From contig CAWETL010000003.1 of the NCBI GenBank assembly GCA_963812085.1, positions 215,314 to 279,313 on the forward strand: a stretch of 64,000 nt of DNA, in the 5' to 3' direction. This stretch comes from an uncultured Gemmatimonadales bacterium (lineage in GTDB: Bacteria; Gemmatimonadota; Gemmatimonadetes; Gemmatimonadales; GWC2-71-9). A model generated the notes under the pieces. It did not search any database, was not told where the DNA came from, and saw only the letters and a program-made list of their open reading frames with translations. Positions within the stretch are counted from its first letter, which is position 1; every line of letters starts with the position of its first letter. The position numbers and the translations under genes were made by a program. Shown one piece after another: positions 28,528 to 37,994 of the stretch.

Positions 28528-29568
28528 ATGCACCCACGAATGGACGAGTCCATGCTGCGTCTCCAGGCTGAATTCCTCGCGCTCCGCACCAAGCATCCCT
28601 TCATCATTGCCCGCGGCGGGCAGAGCGACTACCGGACCGTCTGGGTCAAGATCACCGACGCCGACGGCACCGAAGGCTGGGGCGAGGCGGCGCCGACCAA
28701 GTTCTACGGCGAGACCGCCGAGACGGTCACCGAGACGCTCGAGGTCTACGCGCAGCACCTGGGCGACGACCCCTTCGACCTCGAGGGAATCGACCGCCGC
28801 ATGGAAACGGCGCTCAAGGGCAACCCCTCCGCGCGCGCCGCCATCAGCGCCGCCTTGCACGACCTGGTGGGCAAGCGGCTCGGCGTGCCGGTGTACAAAC
28901 TCTGGGGGCTCGATCCCGCCAAGGCGCCGATGTCCACCTTCACCATCGGCATCGACACCGCCGAGCGGATCCGGATGAAGGTGCACGAGGCCGCCGAGTA
29001 TCCGATCCTGAAGGTCAAGCTCGGCAGCGACCGGGACCTCGAAATCCTGCGGACCATCCGCGACGCCACCGACCGCGAGCTCCGGGTGGACGCCAACGCC
29101 GGCTGGACCGTCAAGCACACGCTGCGGATGCTGCCGATACTGGAGGAGTTCGGCGTGACGGTGCTGGAACAGCCGCTGGTGCCGACCGACCTCGAGGGGT
29201 TGGGGGTCATCCGCCGGGCCGCGACCATCCCGCTCATCGCCGACGAATCCTGCCGGACCGTGGCCGACATCCCCGCGCTGGTGGGGCAGGTGGACGGCAT
29301 CAACATCAAGCTGGCCAAGTGCGGGAGCCTCCGCGAGGCCATCCGGATGATCGCCGTGGCGCGCGCCCACCACCTGATGGTGATGGTCGGCTGCATGATC
29401 GAGAGCTCGCTGGCCATCACGGCGGCCGCGCACTTCACGCCGCTGGTGGACATCGTGGACCTCGACGGAGGCGCCCTGCTCGCGTTCGATCCCTTCGTCG
29501 GCGCCACCATCGCGGGCGGCCAGGTGCGCCTGCCCACCGGTCCGGGACTCGGCGTCACGCCGCGATGA
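28528..29568 (+). CDS. Enolase-superfamily dipeptide epimerase (L-Ala-D/L-Glu epimerase-like)
   Basis: KVKLG, LRVDANAGW, LEQP, IPLIADES, INIKLAKCG and DLDG blocks. Start 28528, 28541 or 28552. Confidence 0.8.
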   Translation: MHPRMDESMLRLQAEFLALRTKHPFIIARGGQSDYRTVWVKITDADGTEGWGEAAPTKFYGETAETVTETLEVYAQHLGDDPFDLEGIDRRMETALKGNPSARAAISAALHDLVGKRLGVPVYKLWGLDPAKAPMSTFTIGIDTAERIRMKVHEAAEYPILKVKLGSDRDLEILRTIRDATDRELRVDANAGWTVKHTLRMLPILEEFGVTVLEQPLVPTDLEGLGVIRRAATIPLIADESCRTVADIPALVGQVDGINIKLAKCGSLREAIRMIAVARAHHLMVMVGCMIESSLAITAAAHFTPLVDIVDLDGGALLAFDPFVGATIAGGQVRLPTGPGLGVTPR

Positions 29569-31979
29569 CCGGACGGTTCGCGCAGGTCGCGCTCCCGCTC
29601 CCCCTCGCCACACCCTACACCTACCAGATACCCGAGACCCTGGCCGACCGCGTGGCGGCCGGGGCACGCGTCGTGGTCCCGGTCCGCGGCCGCGAGCTGA
29701 TCGGCATCGTGACGTCGCTCGACGCCCCGGCGCCGAGCGTGGCCGCGCGCGACATCCTGGCGGCACCCGACGACGAACCGGCACTGACGCCGGCGCTGCT
29801 CCGCACGGTCGAATGGATGGCGGGCTACTACGGCGCGCCGATTGGGCTGGCACTCAAGGCGGCGCTGCCCGGCGGGCTGTGGGGAAGCTCGGAGGTGATC
29901 GTCGAGGTGGCGGTGAGCAGCAGGGTGCCCGGCGGGACCGGCGCCGAGATCCTGCGATGGCTCGAGCGGAAGGGCGGGTCGGCGCCGGTGAGCGCGATCG
30001 GGCGGGCGCTCAAGCGCAGCGTGTGGGACGCGGTGGACCGGCTGGCGCGGGTCGGCGCGGTCACCCTGCGGATCGAGCCGCCCGACACCGGCGGGGGCGC
30101 CGTGGCGGAGCGTGTGCTGGTCCTGCCGCGCGATCGTCCGACCCTGCTCGAGCGGCAGGCGCTCTTCGGCGGCACGCCGCGGCAGCGCGCCCTGTACGAG
30201 GCGCTCGAGCAGCTGGGCGGGAGCGCCCCGGTGGCCCACCTCCGCACCCAGCTCGGCTTCGGATCCGCGCTCCTCCGCGTGCTGGTGACGCGCGGCCTGG
30301 CCCGGGTCGAGGAGGTGGAGCGGGCCCGCGACCCCTTCGCCGGGGAGGTCGGCACCCCCCCGCCGGATTCGCTGAGCGCCGACCAGCGCGACGCGCTCTC
30401 GGCGATCGAGGAACTCGCGCCGGGCGAGGGGGCGCTGCTGTTCGGCATTACCGGCAGCGGCAAGACGTTCGTGTACCTCGAGGCCATCCGCCGCGCGCTG
30501 GCCGGCGGGCGCGGAGCGATCATCCTGGTGCCGGAGATCGGCCTCACGCCGCAGACGGTGCGCCGGGTGCGCGGCGTCTTCGGCGACGACGTGGCGGTGC
30601 TTCACAGCGGGCTCTCCGACGGCGAGCGGGCCGACGCGTGGCGCGCGCTCCGCCGCGGCGAGCGGCGCGTCGCGGTGGGTGCGCGCTCCGCGGTCTTCGC
30701 GCCGATCCCCTCCCTCGGCGTCGTCGTGGTGGACGAGGAACACGAGGCCACCTACAAGAACGGCGAGACGCCGCGCTACCACGCGCGGGAGGTGGCGGCC
30801 GTGCGCGCCCGGCTCGAGGGCGCCCGGCTCGTGCTCGGGAGCGCCACGCCGTCGCTCGAGAGCTGGGCGCAGGCCGGGGAGCGGCTCCGGGTGGTCCGCC
30901 TGCCGGAGCGCGCCGGCGCGGGCCGGCTCCCGGCGGTGTCGCTGGTGGATCTTCGCACCGCGCCCAAGGTGCGCGGCTCAGGCGCCATCCCCTGGTCGGA
31001 GGCGCTGGACGCCGCGGTGGCCGGGGTGCTCGCGCGCGGGGAGCAGGGGATGCTGCTCCTCAACCGGCGCGGCTTCGCCTCCTTCCTCCAGTGCCCGGAG
31101 TGCGGGGACGTGCCGCAGTGCCCGCACTGCAGCATCAGCCTCACCGTGCACCAGGCGCCGCCCGCGCTCCGCTGCCACTACTGCGCTTACGAGGCGCCGC
31201 TTGCCGCGGCATGCGCCAAGTGCGGGCACCCGGTCCAGCAGATGCGCGGGATCGGCACCCAGCAGCTCGAGCGCTGGCTGGCCGAGCGGTTCCCGGCTGC
31301 GCGACTGGCCCGCATGGACCTCGACACCACGAGCACCCGCTGGGCGCATCATCGCATCCTGGGCACGGTGGAGCGGGGCGAGGTGGACCTCCTGCTGGGC
31401 ACGCAGATGATCGCCAAGGGACTCGACTTCCCGAACGTGACGCTGGTCGGCGTGGTGGACGCCGACACGGCGCTGCACCTGCCGGACTTCCGGTCGGCGG
31501 AGCGGACCTTCCAGTTGATCGCGCAGGTGGCGGGGCGGGCGGGGCGGGGGCCGCGCGGCGGGCAGGTGATCGTGCAGAGCCGGCAACCGGCGCATCACGC
31601 ACTCATCCGCGCCGCCGCGCACGACGCGGAGGCCTTCCTGACCGAGGAACTCGTCCAGCGGCGGTCACCGGCGTACCCGCCGGCGATCGGCCTCGTGAAC
31701 CTCGTGATTTCGGGCCGGGAGGAAGTGGCGGTCGGCCGCGTGGCCGCCGAGGTGGCGGAATGGGCCACGTCGCTGGGAGCGAAGCACGAGCTGGCGCTCA
31801 CCGTGCTGGGGCCGGCGCCCTGCCCGCTGGCGCGGATCCAGGGCCGCTGGCGGTGGCACGTGCTGCTCAAGGGAGACGGGGCCGTGCTCGGGCGCGTGGT
31901 TCGTTACGCGGCGGTGCGCCTGGCGGGCTCGGGCGAGCCCCGGATCACGATCGACCGGGACCCGGTGAGCCTGCTGTAG
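29565..31979 (+). CDS. priA: Primosomal protein N' (replication restart helicase PriA)
   Basis: ATG 29565 overlaps the upstream stop. GITGSGKT, DEEH and a Cys-rich zinc module CPECG...CPHC...CHYC...CAKCG. Confidence 0.95.
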   Translation: MTGRFAQVALPLPLATPYTYQIPETLADRVAAGARVVVPVRGRELIGIVTSLDAPAPSVAARDILAAPDDEPALTPALLRTVEWMAGYYGAPIGLALKAALPGGLWGSSEVIVEVAVSSRVPGGTGAEILRWLERKGGSAPVSAIGRALKRSVWDAVDRLARVGAVTLRIEPPDTGGGAVAERVLVLPRDRPTLLERQALFGGTPRQRALYEALEQLGGSAPVAHLRTQLGFGSALLRVLVTRGLARVEEVERARDPFAGEVGTPPPDSLSADQRDALSAIEELAPGEGALLFGITGSGKTFVYLEAIRRALAGGRGAIILVPEIGLTPQTVRRVRGVFGDDVAVLHSGLSDGERADAWRALRRGERRVAVGARSAVFAPIPSLGVVVVDEEHEATYKNGETPRYHAREVAAVRARLEGARLVLGSATPSLESWAQAGERLRVVRLPERAGAGRLPAVSLVDLRTAPKVRGSGAIPWSEALDAAVAGVLARGEQGMLLLNRRGFASFLQCPECGDVPQCPHCSISLTVHQAPPALRCHYCAYEAPLAAACAKCGHPVQQMRGIGTQQLERWLAERFPAARLARMDLDTTSTRWAHHRILGTVERGEVDLLLGTQMIAKGLDFPNVTLVGVVDADTALHLPDFRSAERTFQLIAQVAGRAGRGPRGGQVIVQSRQPAHHALIRAAAHDAEAFLTEELVQRRSPAYPPAIGLVNLVISGREEVAVGRVAAEVAEWATSLGAKHELALTVLGPAPCPLARIQGRWRWHVLLKGDGAVLGRVVRYAAVRLAGSGEPRITIDRDPVSLL

Positions 31980-31988
31980 AGCCGAAGC

Positions 31989-33200
31989 TCACAACACGGC
32001 CTTGACCAGCCGGTTGAGCAGCTCCTGCAGGGAGAACATCGTCAGCGTCAGCGGCAGCACGGGCAGCAGCGTGACGAGTGCCAACTGCAGCACGCTCTGC
32101 AGGGTGAACGGGGTCACCCGCATGCTGTTGATCACCTCGAAGCCGTTGCCCAGGTCGGCCAGCGACTGAATGTCACCGCTCCCGAGGAACGCCTCGTCCT
32201 TCGCCGCGCCGCCGCGCAGCCACTTCACGTCATATTCCCGCACGTAGCGCTGGGCCAGGCCGCCGTACTCCAGCTGGCCGCGGCGCTTGGCGGCCGCGAG
32301 TCGCGGGCTGAAGACGAGCAGTGGGCCGAGGACGACGAGCAGCATCAGCACCACGATCGCGAACAGTTCCGGCTTGAACTGGGGCAGGCTGGCCCCCGCG
32401 TGGAAAATCCGGCTGGCGATCATCCCGGCAAGCAGCACGCCCTGGGCGAGCATCAACGGCGCAAACACCTTGCTCTCCATTGCCAGGAAGCCGAGGCCTC
32501 CACTTCGGTCCGGATGGGTCGGCACGATGTTCAGCTCGAGGCGCGCGACCTGCCAGAAGAAGCGGGCAATGATGAAGAGCCGGAAATACCAGCGCAACAG
32601 GAGGAACTGAAGCATCGGCAGGCTCACGCACCCGAGCCACCAGCCCGCCGGGGACGGGTGCAGCCGGCCATCAACCGGCGTGCCGTACCAGCTCGCCACG
32701 TCGAGCGCCACCTCGTTCCGCCACACGAAGCCGACCCCGACGACATACACAAGGGCGAGTATCAGCACTTCGGCCGTGACCGAATTGCGCAGGCGCATCG
32801 CGGAGTCGATCGCCGCGTCGAACTGTGCCCGCGCTTGGCCGGTGACGAGGCCCCGGTCAAGGAACGCACGGACCATGGGGCGCATCCGCTGGTGCACGCT
32901 GAGTTCCGCCGCGATCAGGAGCGGCAGCGCCACCAACATGCGCGTCTGGATCTCCACGTCCTTCAGGAAGGCCAGTTCGATGCCAGTGCCCCAGGCGGTG
33001 CCGTTCGCGAGGGACAGCACCAGCAGCGGCAGCCAGGCCAGTACCACCAGCGTGAGGACACGCCGTTGCGGCCACTGAAGGTCGTCCCCGGACAGGCGTG
33101 TCCGCCGCCAGAGCTGGAAGAGGGGCCCGCCGCTCACCAGCGAAAAGTCGCCGGGCTCCTTCAGGATCGGATGGGGGGAACTGGAGGTCGGCGTGCTCAT
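31989..33200 (-). CDS. Hypothetical polytopic membrane protein (403 aa)
   Basis: Several hydrophobic helices and GC3-rich codons. No recognisable family motif. Confidence 0.5.
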   Translation of the reverse strand: MSTPTSSSPHPILKEPGDFSLVSGGPLFQLWRRTRLSGDDLQWPQRRVLTLVVLAWLPLLVLSLANGTAWGTGIELAFLKDVEIQTRMLVALPLLIAAELSVHQRMRPMVRAFLDRGLVTGQARAQFDAAIDSAMRLRNSVTAEVLILALVYVVGVGFVWRNEVALDVASWYGTPVDGRLHPSPAGWWLGCVSLPMLQFLLLRWYFRLFIIARFFWQVARLELNIVPTHPDRSGGLGFLAMESKVFAPLMLAQGVLLAGMIASRIFHAGASLPQFKPELFAIVVLMLLVVLGPLLVFSPRLAAAKRRGQLEYGGLAQRYVREYDVKWLRGGAAKDEAFLGSGDIQSLADLGNGFEVINSMRVTPFTLQSVLQLALVTLLPVLPLTLTMFSLQELLNRLVKAVL

Positions 33201-33378
33201 GCGGTGAGTTCTCCGGCACGGCGTGAGAGTGCGCGGGCGGGGTCACGAAACAGTCTCGACCGGCATCCCTGAAGGCATCGTGAACGCGCCGGGAAGATAC
33301 CCAATCGTTCCGCACCGGAGCCCATCATGTCGGGCCGCCTTGAATCCCCTCCCGGCCACCCCTAAGATTCCCACTCCT

Positions 33379-34477
33379 ATGGCTTCTCCACGATATACCG
33401 CGCCCGATTTCAGGCAGCCGCCCTTTGCCGGCGCTCCCGCGGCCCGCTTTGCCCCGCTCCCCGCCGACGGCGTGCTCCCCGAGGGCTTCTTCTCCACCTC
33501 GAACCTCCCGACCTACGTGCACCTCGGCGGGGGGCGGTGGGTCATGCCCGGCCGCCCGCGCATGGACTGCGTGATCATGCGGCGCGGGGAGGCGCTGGAG
33601 ATCGTCGAACCGCGCCGGCTCAAGGCCGGCGAGCAGATCGTGATGGGGGAGTCCGAGGACGGGTCGCAGGGCGTGTTCGTGCACACCGCCGGCTTCCTGG
33701 CGGGCGCGCACAGCGCCAACGAGTTCCGCTTCATGTCCACCGAGGTGAGCCGCGAGCGCCCGGTCAACTACGAGGAACTCGCCGCCCGCCTGGGCGAGGA
33801 AAGGAAGCGCGGCGGCTACCTGCTCTGGGTGGTCGGGCCGGCGCTGGTGCACTCCCGCGCGCGGGCCGATTTCGAGTGGTTCATCCGCCAGGGCTACGTG
33901 CAGGCGGTGCTGGCCGGCAACGCCGTCGGCGTCCACGACATCGAGGCCGCCATCTACGGCACCACCCTCGGGATGTCCAACACCGGCCAGCCCACCGAAG
34001 GCGGGCACGGCCTCCACATGCGGGCGATCAACCGGGTGCGGGCGCTCGGCTCCATCGAAAGCGGCGGTCGAGACCGGGCTCATCAAGAGCGGCATCATGC
34101 ACGCCCTGGTGACCTCGAAGGTGCCCTACGTGCTGGCGGGCTCGATTCGCGACGACGGCCCGCTCCCCGGCGTCGTTTCCGACTCGCTCGCGGCGCAGGA
34201 CGCGATGCGCGAGCACGCGGTCCGCGCCACCGGGGCGATCTTCGTGGCCACGGCGCTCCACGCGATCGCGGTGGGCAACATGCTGCCGGCCTTCCACACT
34301 CACTATGACGGCCACCCCAGCGAGCTGATGACCATCTGCGTGGACCAGACCGAGTTCGTGGTCAACAAGCTCAAGGACCGCGGCACGCACCAGGCCTACG
34401 GCGTGGTCACCAACGCGCAGGACTTCATGCACGTCCTCCGGCTCTACGTGGAAAAATGGGAACAGGCTACCCGCTAG
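33379..34477 (+). pseudogene. TIGR00300 / LOR-SDH-type (archaeal-type ornithine cyclodeaminase-like) protein, +1 frame break near 34057-34061
   Basis: Frame 1 reads ...VVGPALVHS...LAGNAVGVHDIEAAIYGTTLG...GHGLHMRAINRVRALGSIE. It continues in the next frame as AAVETGLIKSGIMHALVTSKVPYVLAGSIRDDGPLPGV... Family named from memory of the GSIRDDGPLP block. Confidence 0.6.
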
Positions 34478-34860
34478 CGCCGCCGGCCGAGCCGGGGGTC
34501 GGGGCAGGGTGGGCGCTCCTGGCGGATGCCGTGGCGGCACAGCTCCCGGTCGCGGAGTGCCACGGGCTCTGGGTCTTCCGGCCCTTCCGGCGCGACGGCA
34601 AGGAATACGGGACCGCCATCCTCTCCCGGCTCGAGGGCGACCGGCTCCGGATCTTCACCGCGCGCTATGCGCACACCCTCAAGGGCAAGAAACGGGGCGA
34701 GTTCGCCGCCGAGGTGGCCGAGGTGGGGAGCGGTCCCCTGGAAGCGCTCGACGAACTGGTGGCCCTGGTGCCGAAGCGCACCGAGGAGGAGCCGCCGGTC
34801 CAGATCCCCCTGGAGCGCTGGTACCCGGGCGGACCCGATGGCACGCCTGACGCCGGCTGA
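34456..34860 (+). CDS. Hypothetical protein (134 aa), overlaps both neighbours
   Basis: ORF with GC3 bias. Overlaps the preceding gene by 22 nt and the fur start by 23 nt. Start uncertain. Confidence 0.35.
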   Translation: MGTGYPLAPPAEPGVGAGWALLADAVAAQLPVAECHGLWVFRPFRRDGKEYGTAILSRLEGDRLRIFTARYAHTLKGKKRGEFAAEVAEVGSGPLEALDELVALVPKRTEEEPPVQIPLERWYPGGPDGTPDAG

Positions 34861-35308
34861 GGCGGCCGACCTCCTCGAGCGATTCCATCGCTATCTCCGT
34901 GATCACCGGCTGCCGGTCACGCGTCAGCGGGACCTCATCGCCAGCACCCTGTTCACCTCGCCCGAACACCTGAGCGCCGAGGCGCTCCACCGGAAGGTGA
35001 CCGGCCACGGCGAGCGGGTCGGCGTCGCCACCGTCTACCGGGCCCTGGACCTGCTCAACCGGAGCGGCCTCGTCCGGGTGCACGAGTTCGGCGACGGCTC
35101 CAGGCGCTACGAGGGCGCGACGCCCCAGGGCTCGCACGGGCACCTGGTGTGCATCCTCTGTGGTGGCGTGGAGGAGTTCACCAACGAACGGATGGAGCGG
35201 ATGCTGCCGATCATCGCCGACGAGCGCCACTTCCGCTACGAGCGGCACCGCGTGGAAGTGCACGGCACCTGCCGCGACTGCCAGCGTCGCGCCCTGGAGA
35301 CCCTGTGA
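34838..35308 (+). CDS. fur: Fur-family metalloregulator
   Basis: ATG 34838. RVTRQRDLI..., VATVYRALDLL, HGHLVCILCGGVEEF and HGTCRDC motifs. Confidence 0.85.
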   Translation: MARLTPAEAADLLERFHRYLRDHRLPVTRQRDLIASTLFTSPEHLSAEALHRKVTGHGERVGVATVYRALDLLNRSGLVRVHEFGDGSRRYEGATPQGSHGHLVCILCGGVEEFTNERMERMLPIIADERHFRYERHRVEVHGTCRDCQRRALETL

Positions 35309-36033
35309 ACCAGCCCGACCAGCTCGGCTTCTTCGTGGCCTTCGCCGCCGGCGTGCTGAGCTTCCTCTCGCCCTGCGTGCTGCCGCTGGTGCCGAGCTAC
35401 CTCGGCTTCCTCACCGGGATGACGCTGGACGAGATGAGCGGGCGCCGCCGGATTGCCATGGTGCACGCGCTGCTCTTCGTCCTCGGCTTCGGGCTCATCT
35501 TCGTGATCCTGGGCGCGAGCGCGACGGCGCTCGGCTCCGCGCTCAAGTACTACCAGGTCTGGCTGTCGCGGGTGGGCGGGGTGCTCATCATCCTCTTCGG
35601 CCTGTATTCGATGGGCGCGATCAAGCTCGGCTTCCTGCAGCGGGAACAGCGGGTCCAGCTCGACCGGAAGCCGATCGGGTACCTCGGCTCGGTGCTCGTG
35701 GGGATGGCGTTCGCGGCGGGGTGGACGCCCTGCATCGGGCCGATCCTGGGCGCGATTCTCGGGCTGGCGGCCACCCAGGGGGACGTGGCGCACGGCACGC
35801 TGCTGCTGGCGGCCTACTCCGCGGGGCTCGCGGTGCCCTTCCTGCTGGCCGCCTGGGCGATGGAGGGGTTCCTCGACTGGTTCCAGCGCTTCCGCAAGTA
35901 CCTGCCGTGGGTCATGCGGATCAGCGGGCTCTTGCTGATCTTCGTCGGGCTCCTGATGGTGACGGGCGAATTCACCCGGCTGGCGGGATGGCTGCAGGGG
36001 CTGACGCCGGAGTTCCTGAAGGGGAGGCTGTAA
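35305..36033 (+). CDS. ccdA: Cytochrome c biogenesis thiol-disulfide transporter CcdA (DsbD_2 family)
   Basis: GTG 35305 overlaps the fur stop. FLSPCVLPLVPSYLGF and WTPCIGPILG motifs. Confidence 0.8.
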   Translation: MNQPDQLGFFVAFAAGVLSFLSPCVLPLVPSYLGFLTGMTLDEMSGRRRIAMVHALLFVLGFGLIFVILGASATALGSALKYYQVWLSRVGGVLIILFGLYSMGAIKLGFLQREQRVQLDRKPIGYLGSVLVGMAFAAGWTPCIGPILGAILGLAATQGDVAHGTLLLAAYSAGLAVPFLLAAWAMEGFLDWFQRFRKYLPWVMRISGLLLIFVGLLMVTGEFTRLAGWLQGLTPEFLKGRL

Positions 36034-36041
36034 GCGGGAAA

Positions 36042-36076
36042 GCGGGGAAGCGGGGAAGACCTCCCCACTTCCCCGC
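36042..36076. terminator. Hairpin built from the GCGGGGAAG motif between convergent ccdA and sulfatase genes
   Basis: GCGGGGAAGCGGGGA-AGACC-TCCCCACTTCCCCGC (14/15 paired). No clear U-run, so it may act as a bidirectional stop or be only a repeat. Confidence 0.4.
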
Positions 36077-36105
36077 CGTGTTGCATTCCCGCCGTGCTGC
36101 CCCGC

Positions 36106-37665
36106 CTAGTTGTTCTGCTGACTCGCGTTTTGCAGCGAGCGAAGGGCGTCATCGACGGTGAAGCTACCGGCCTTCTGGCGCGGCGGGAACGCCACGAAGG
36201 TGCTCAGGAATTTCGCCACGTACTGCTGCGCGGGGACCAGCACAAACACGTGCTCCACGCGCCACTTGTCGTAGCTGATGCTCTCGTGGTCGCCGATCTC
36301 GAAGGGATCGGAGCGCAGGTTGAAGAGCTTCGGGAAGCGGAGCGGTGTGAAGGGGTCCTGCCAGACGTCCAGCCCCTGTGATCTCTGCTCGGCGAAGACG
36401 ACCTTGTATTGCTGGTAGCGCAGCGCCACCAGCGAGCCGTCGTCGTTGAAGTAGAAGAAGTCCTTCCGCGGATCGGGCCCCTTCCCGCTGAGATAGTCCG
36501 TGAGGTTGTACCCGTCGAGGTGCACCTTGAAGGTCTTGCCCGCCGCCGGATACCCCGTGAGCAGCTGGTCCGTCACGTTCGGGTTGCCGGCGGCGGCGAC
36601 CAGCGTGGGCACCCAGTCCTCGTGCGACACGATGTCGTTGAGCACCGTGCCCGGCTTGATGGTCCCGGGCCAGCGGATCATGCCGGGGACGCGGTAGGCG
36701 CCTTCCCAGTTGCTGGCCTTCTCGTTCCGGAAGGGGGAGGTGCCGCCGTCCGGCCAGGAGAACTTCTCCGCGCCGTTGTCGGTCGAGTACATCACGATGG
36801 TGTTGTCGGCGATGCCGAGGCTGTCCAGCAGGTTGAGCAGCCGGCCCACGAGCGCGTCGTGCTCCACCATGCCATCGGGATAGACGCCGAGCCCGGTCAC
36901 GCCCTCGCTCTTCGGCTGCAGGTGGGTCCAGATGTGCATCCGGGTGGAGTTGAACCAGACGAAGAAGGGCTTGTCCCCCTTGGCCGACTTCGTGATGAAC
37001 GACTTGGCCGCCGCCTCGAACTCCTCGTCGATCGTCTCCATCCGCTTCTTGGTGAGCGGGCCGGTGTTCTCGATCCGCTGGCCGCCGTTCGGCAGCGCCC
37101 AGGTGTGCAGCACGCCGCGGGGCGCGTACTTGGCCCGGAAGGCGGGATCCTTCGGATAGTCGGGGTCTTCCGGCTCTTCCTCGGCGTTCAAGTGGTAGAG
37201 CGAGCCGAAGAACTCGTCGAATCCGTGCATGGTGGGCAGCATGGCGTCGAGGTCGCCCAGGTGGTTCTTGCCGAACTGCCCGGTCACGTAGCCCTGCGGC
37301 TTGAGAAGTTCGGCCAGCGTCGGATCCTCGGGTTGCAACCCTTCCTTGGCGCCTGGCAGGCCCACCTTGAGGAGGCCGGTACGGAAGGGACTCTGGCCGG
37401 TCAGGAAGGCGCCGCGGCCGGCGGTGCAGCTCTGCTGCCCGTAGAGGTCGGTGAAGAGTGCGCCCTCGCGCGCGATCCGGTCGATGTTGGGGGTGTGGTA
37501 CCCCATCTGCCCGAGGTTGTAGGCGCTGACGTTCCAGTAGCCGATGTCGTCGCCCCAGATGACGAGAATGTTGGGCTTGCCGGCGGGCTTCTTGGCCGGC
37601 TTCTGGGCCTGCGCCACGGGCGCGAGCACCAGTGCGAGGGCGAGGAGCAGGAAGAGCTTTCGCAT
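36106..37665 (-). CDS. Secreted arylsulfatase-family protein
   Basis: Signal peptide, then NILVIWGDDIGY and active-site motif SCTAGRGAFLTGQ (a C-x-A-x-R variant of C-x-P-x-R). Confidence 0.85.
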   Translation of the reverse strand: MRKLFLLLALALVLAPVAQAQKPAKKPAGKPNILVIWGDDIGYWNVSAYNLGQMGYHTPNIDRIAREGALFTDLYGQQSCTAGRGAFLTGQSPFRTGLLKVGLPGAKEGLQPEDPTLAELLKPQGYVTGQFGKNHLGDLDAMLPTMHGFDEFFGSLYHLNAEEEPEDPDYPKDPAFRAKYAPRGVLHTWALPNGGQRIENTGPLTKKRMETIDEEFEAAAKSFITKSAKGDKPFFVWFNSTRMHIWTHLQPKSEGVTGLGVYPDGMVEHDALVGRLLNLLDSLGIADNTIVMYSTDNGAEKFSWPDGGTSPFRNEKASNWEGAYRVPGMIRWPGTIKPGTVLNDIVSHEDWVPTLVAAAGNPNVTDQLLTGYPAAGKTFKVHLDGYNLTDYLSGKGPDPRKDFFYFNDDGSLVALRYQQYKVVFAEQRSQGLDVWQDPFTPLRFPKLFNLRSDPFEIGDHESISYDKWRVEHVFVLVPAQQYVAKFLSTFVAFPPRQKAGSFTVDDALRSLQNASQQNN

Positions 37666-37814
37666 TGGGGGCGCGGCTCCAGCTGAAGGGTGGGGGGCTG
37701 GGTCTGATCTGGCCCCAACAGGACGGTCATCCTGCGAGAGTGTATCAAGCTAACGGCACCTTCCCGGTCGCGTAATCCTCAGCCGCGGTCGATGCAGTCC
37801 TCACCCGCTGTCCA

Positions 37815-37835
37815 CCTCTCCACCATGTGGAGAGG
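37815..37835. repeat. Family-C palindrome CCTCTCCAC-CAT-GTGGAGAGG
   Basis: Same core as the three copies at 49818-50160. Confidence 0.7.
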
Positions 37836-37994
37836 GGAGACTCGCGGGGGAGATCGAACTTGGGCGCCGGCCGACGAAGGGATTGGTCCGGAGGGGCGTC
37901 AGTCAACGATGCGATGGTCGGGTGGACCAATCGGTGCGCCGCTGACTGTCCGCCCCGGAGGACCAACCCGAGGAGGCCGACGCGACGCAAGCGG

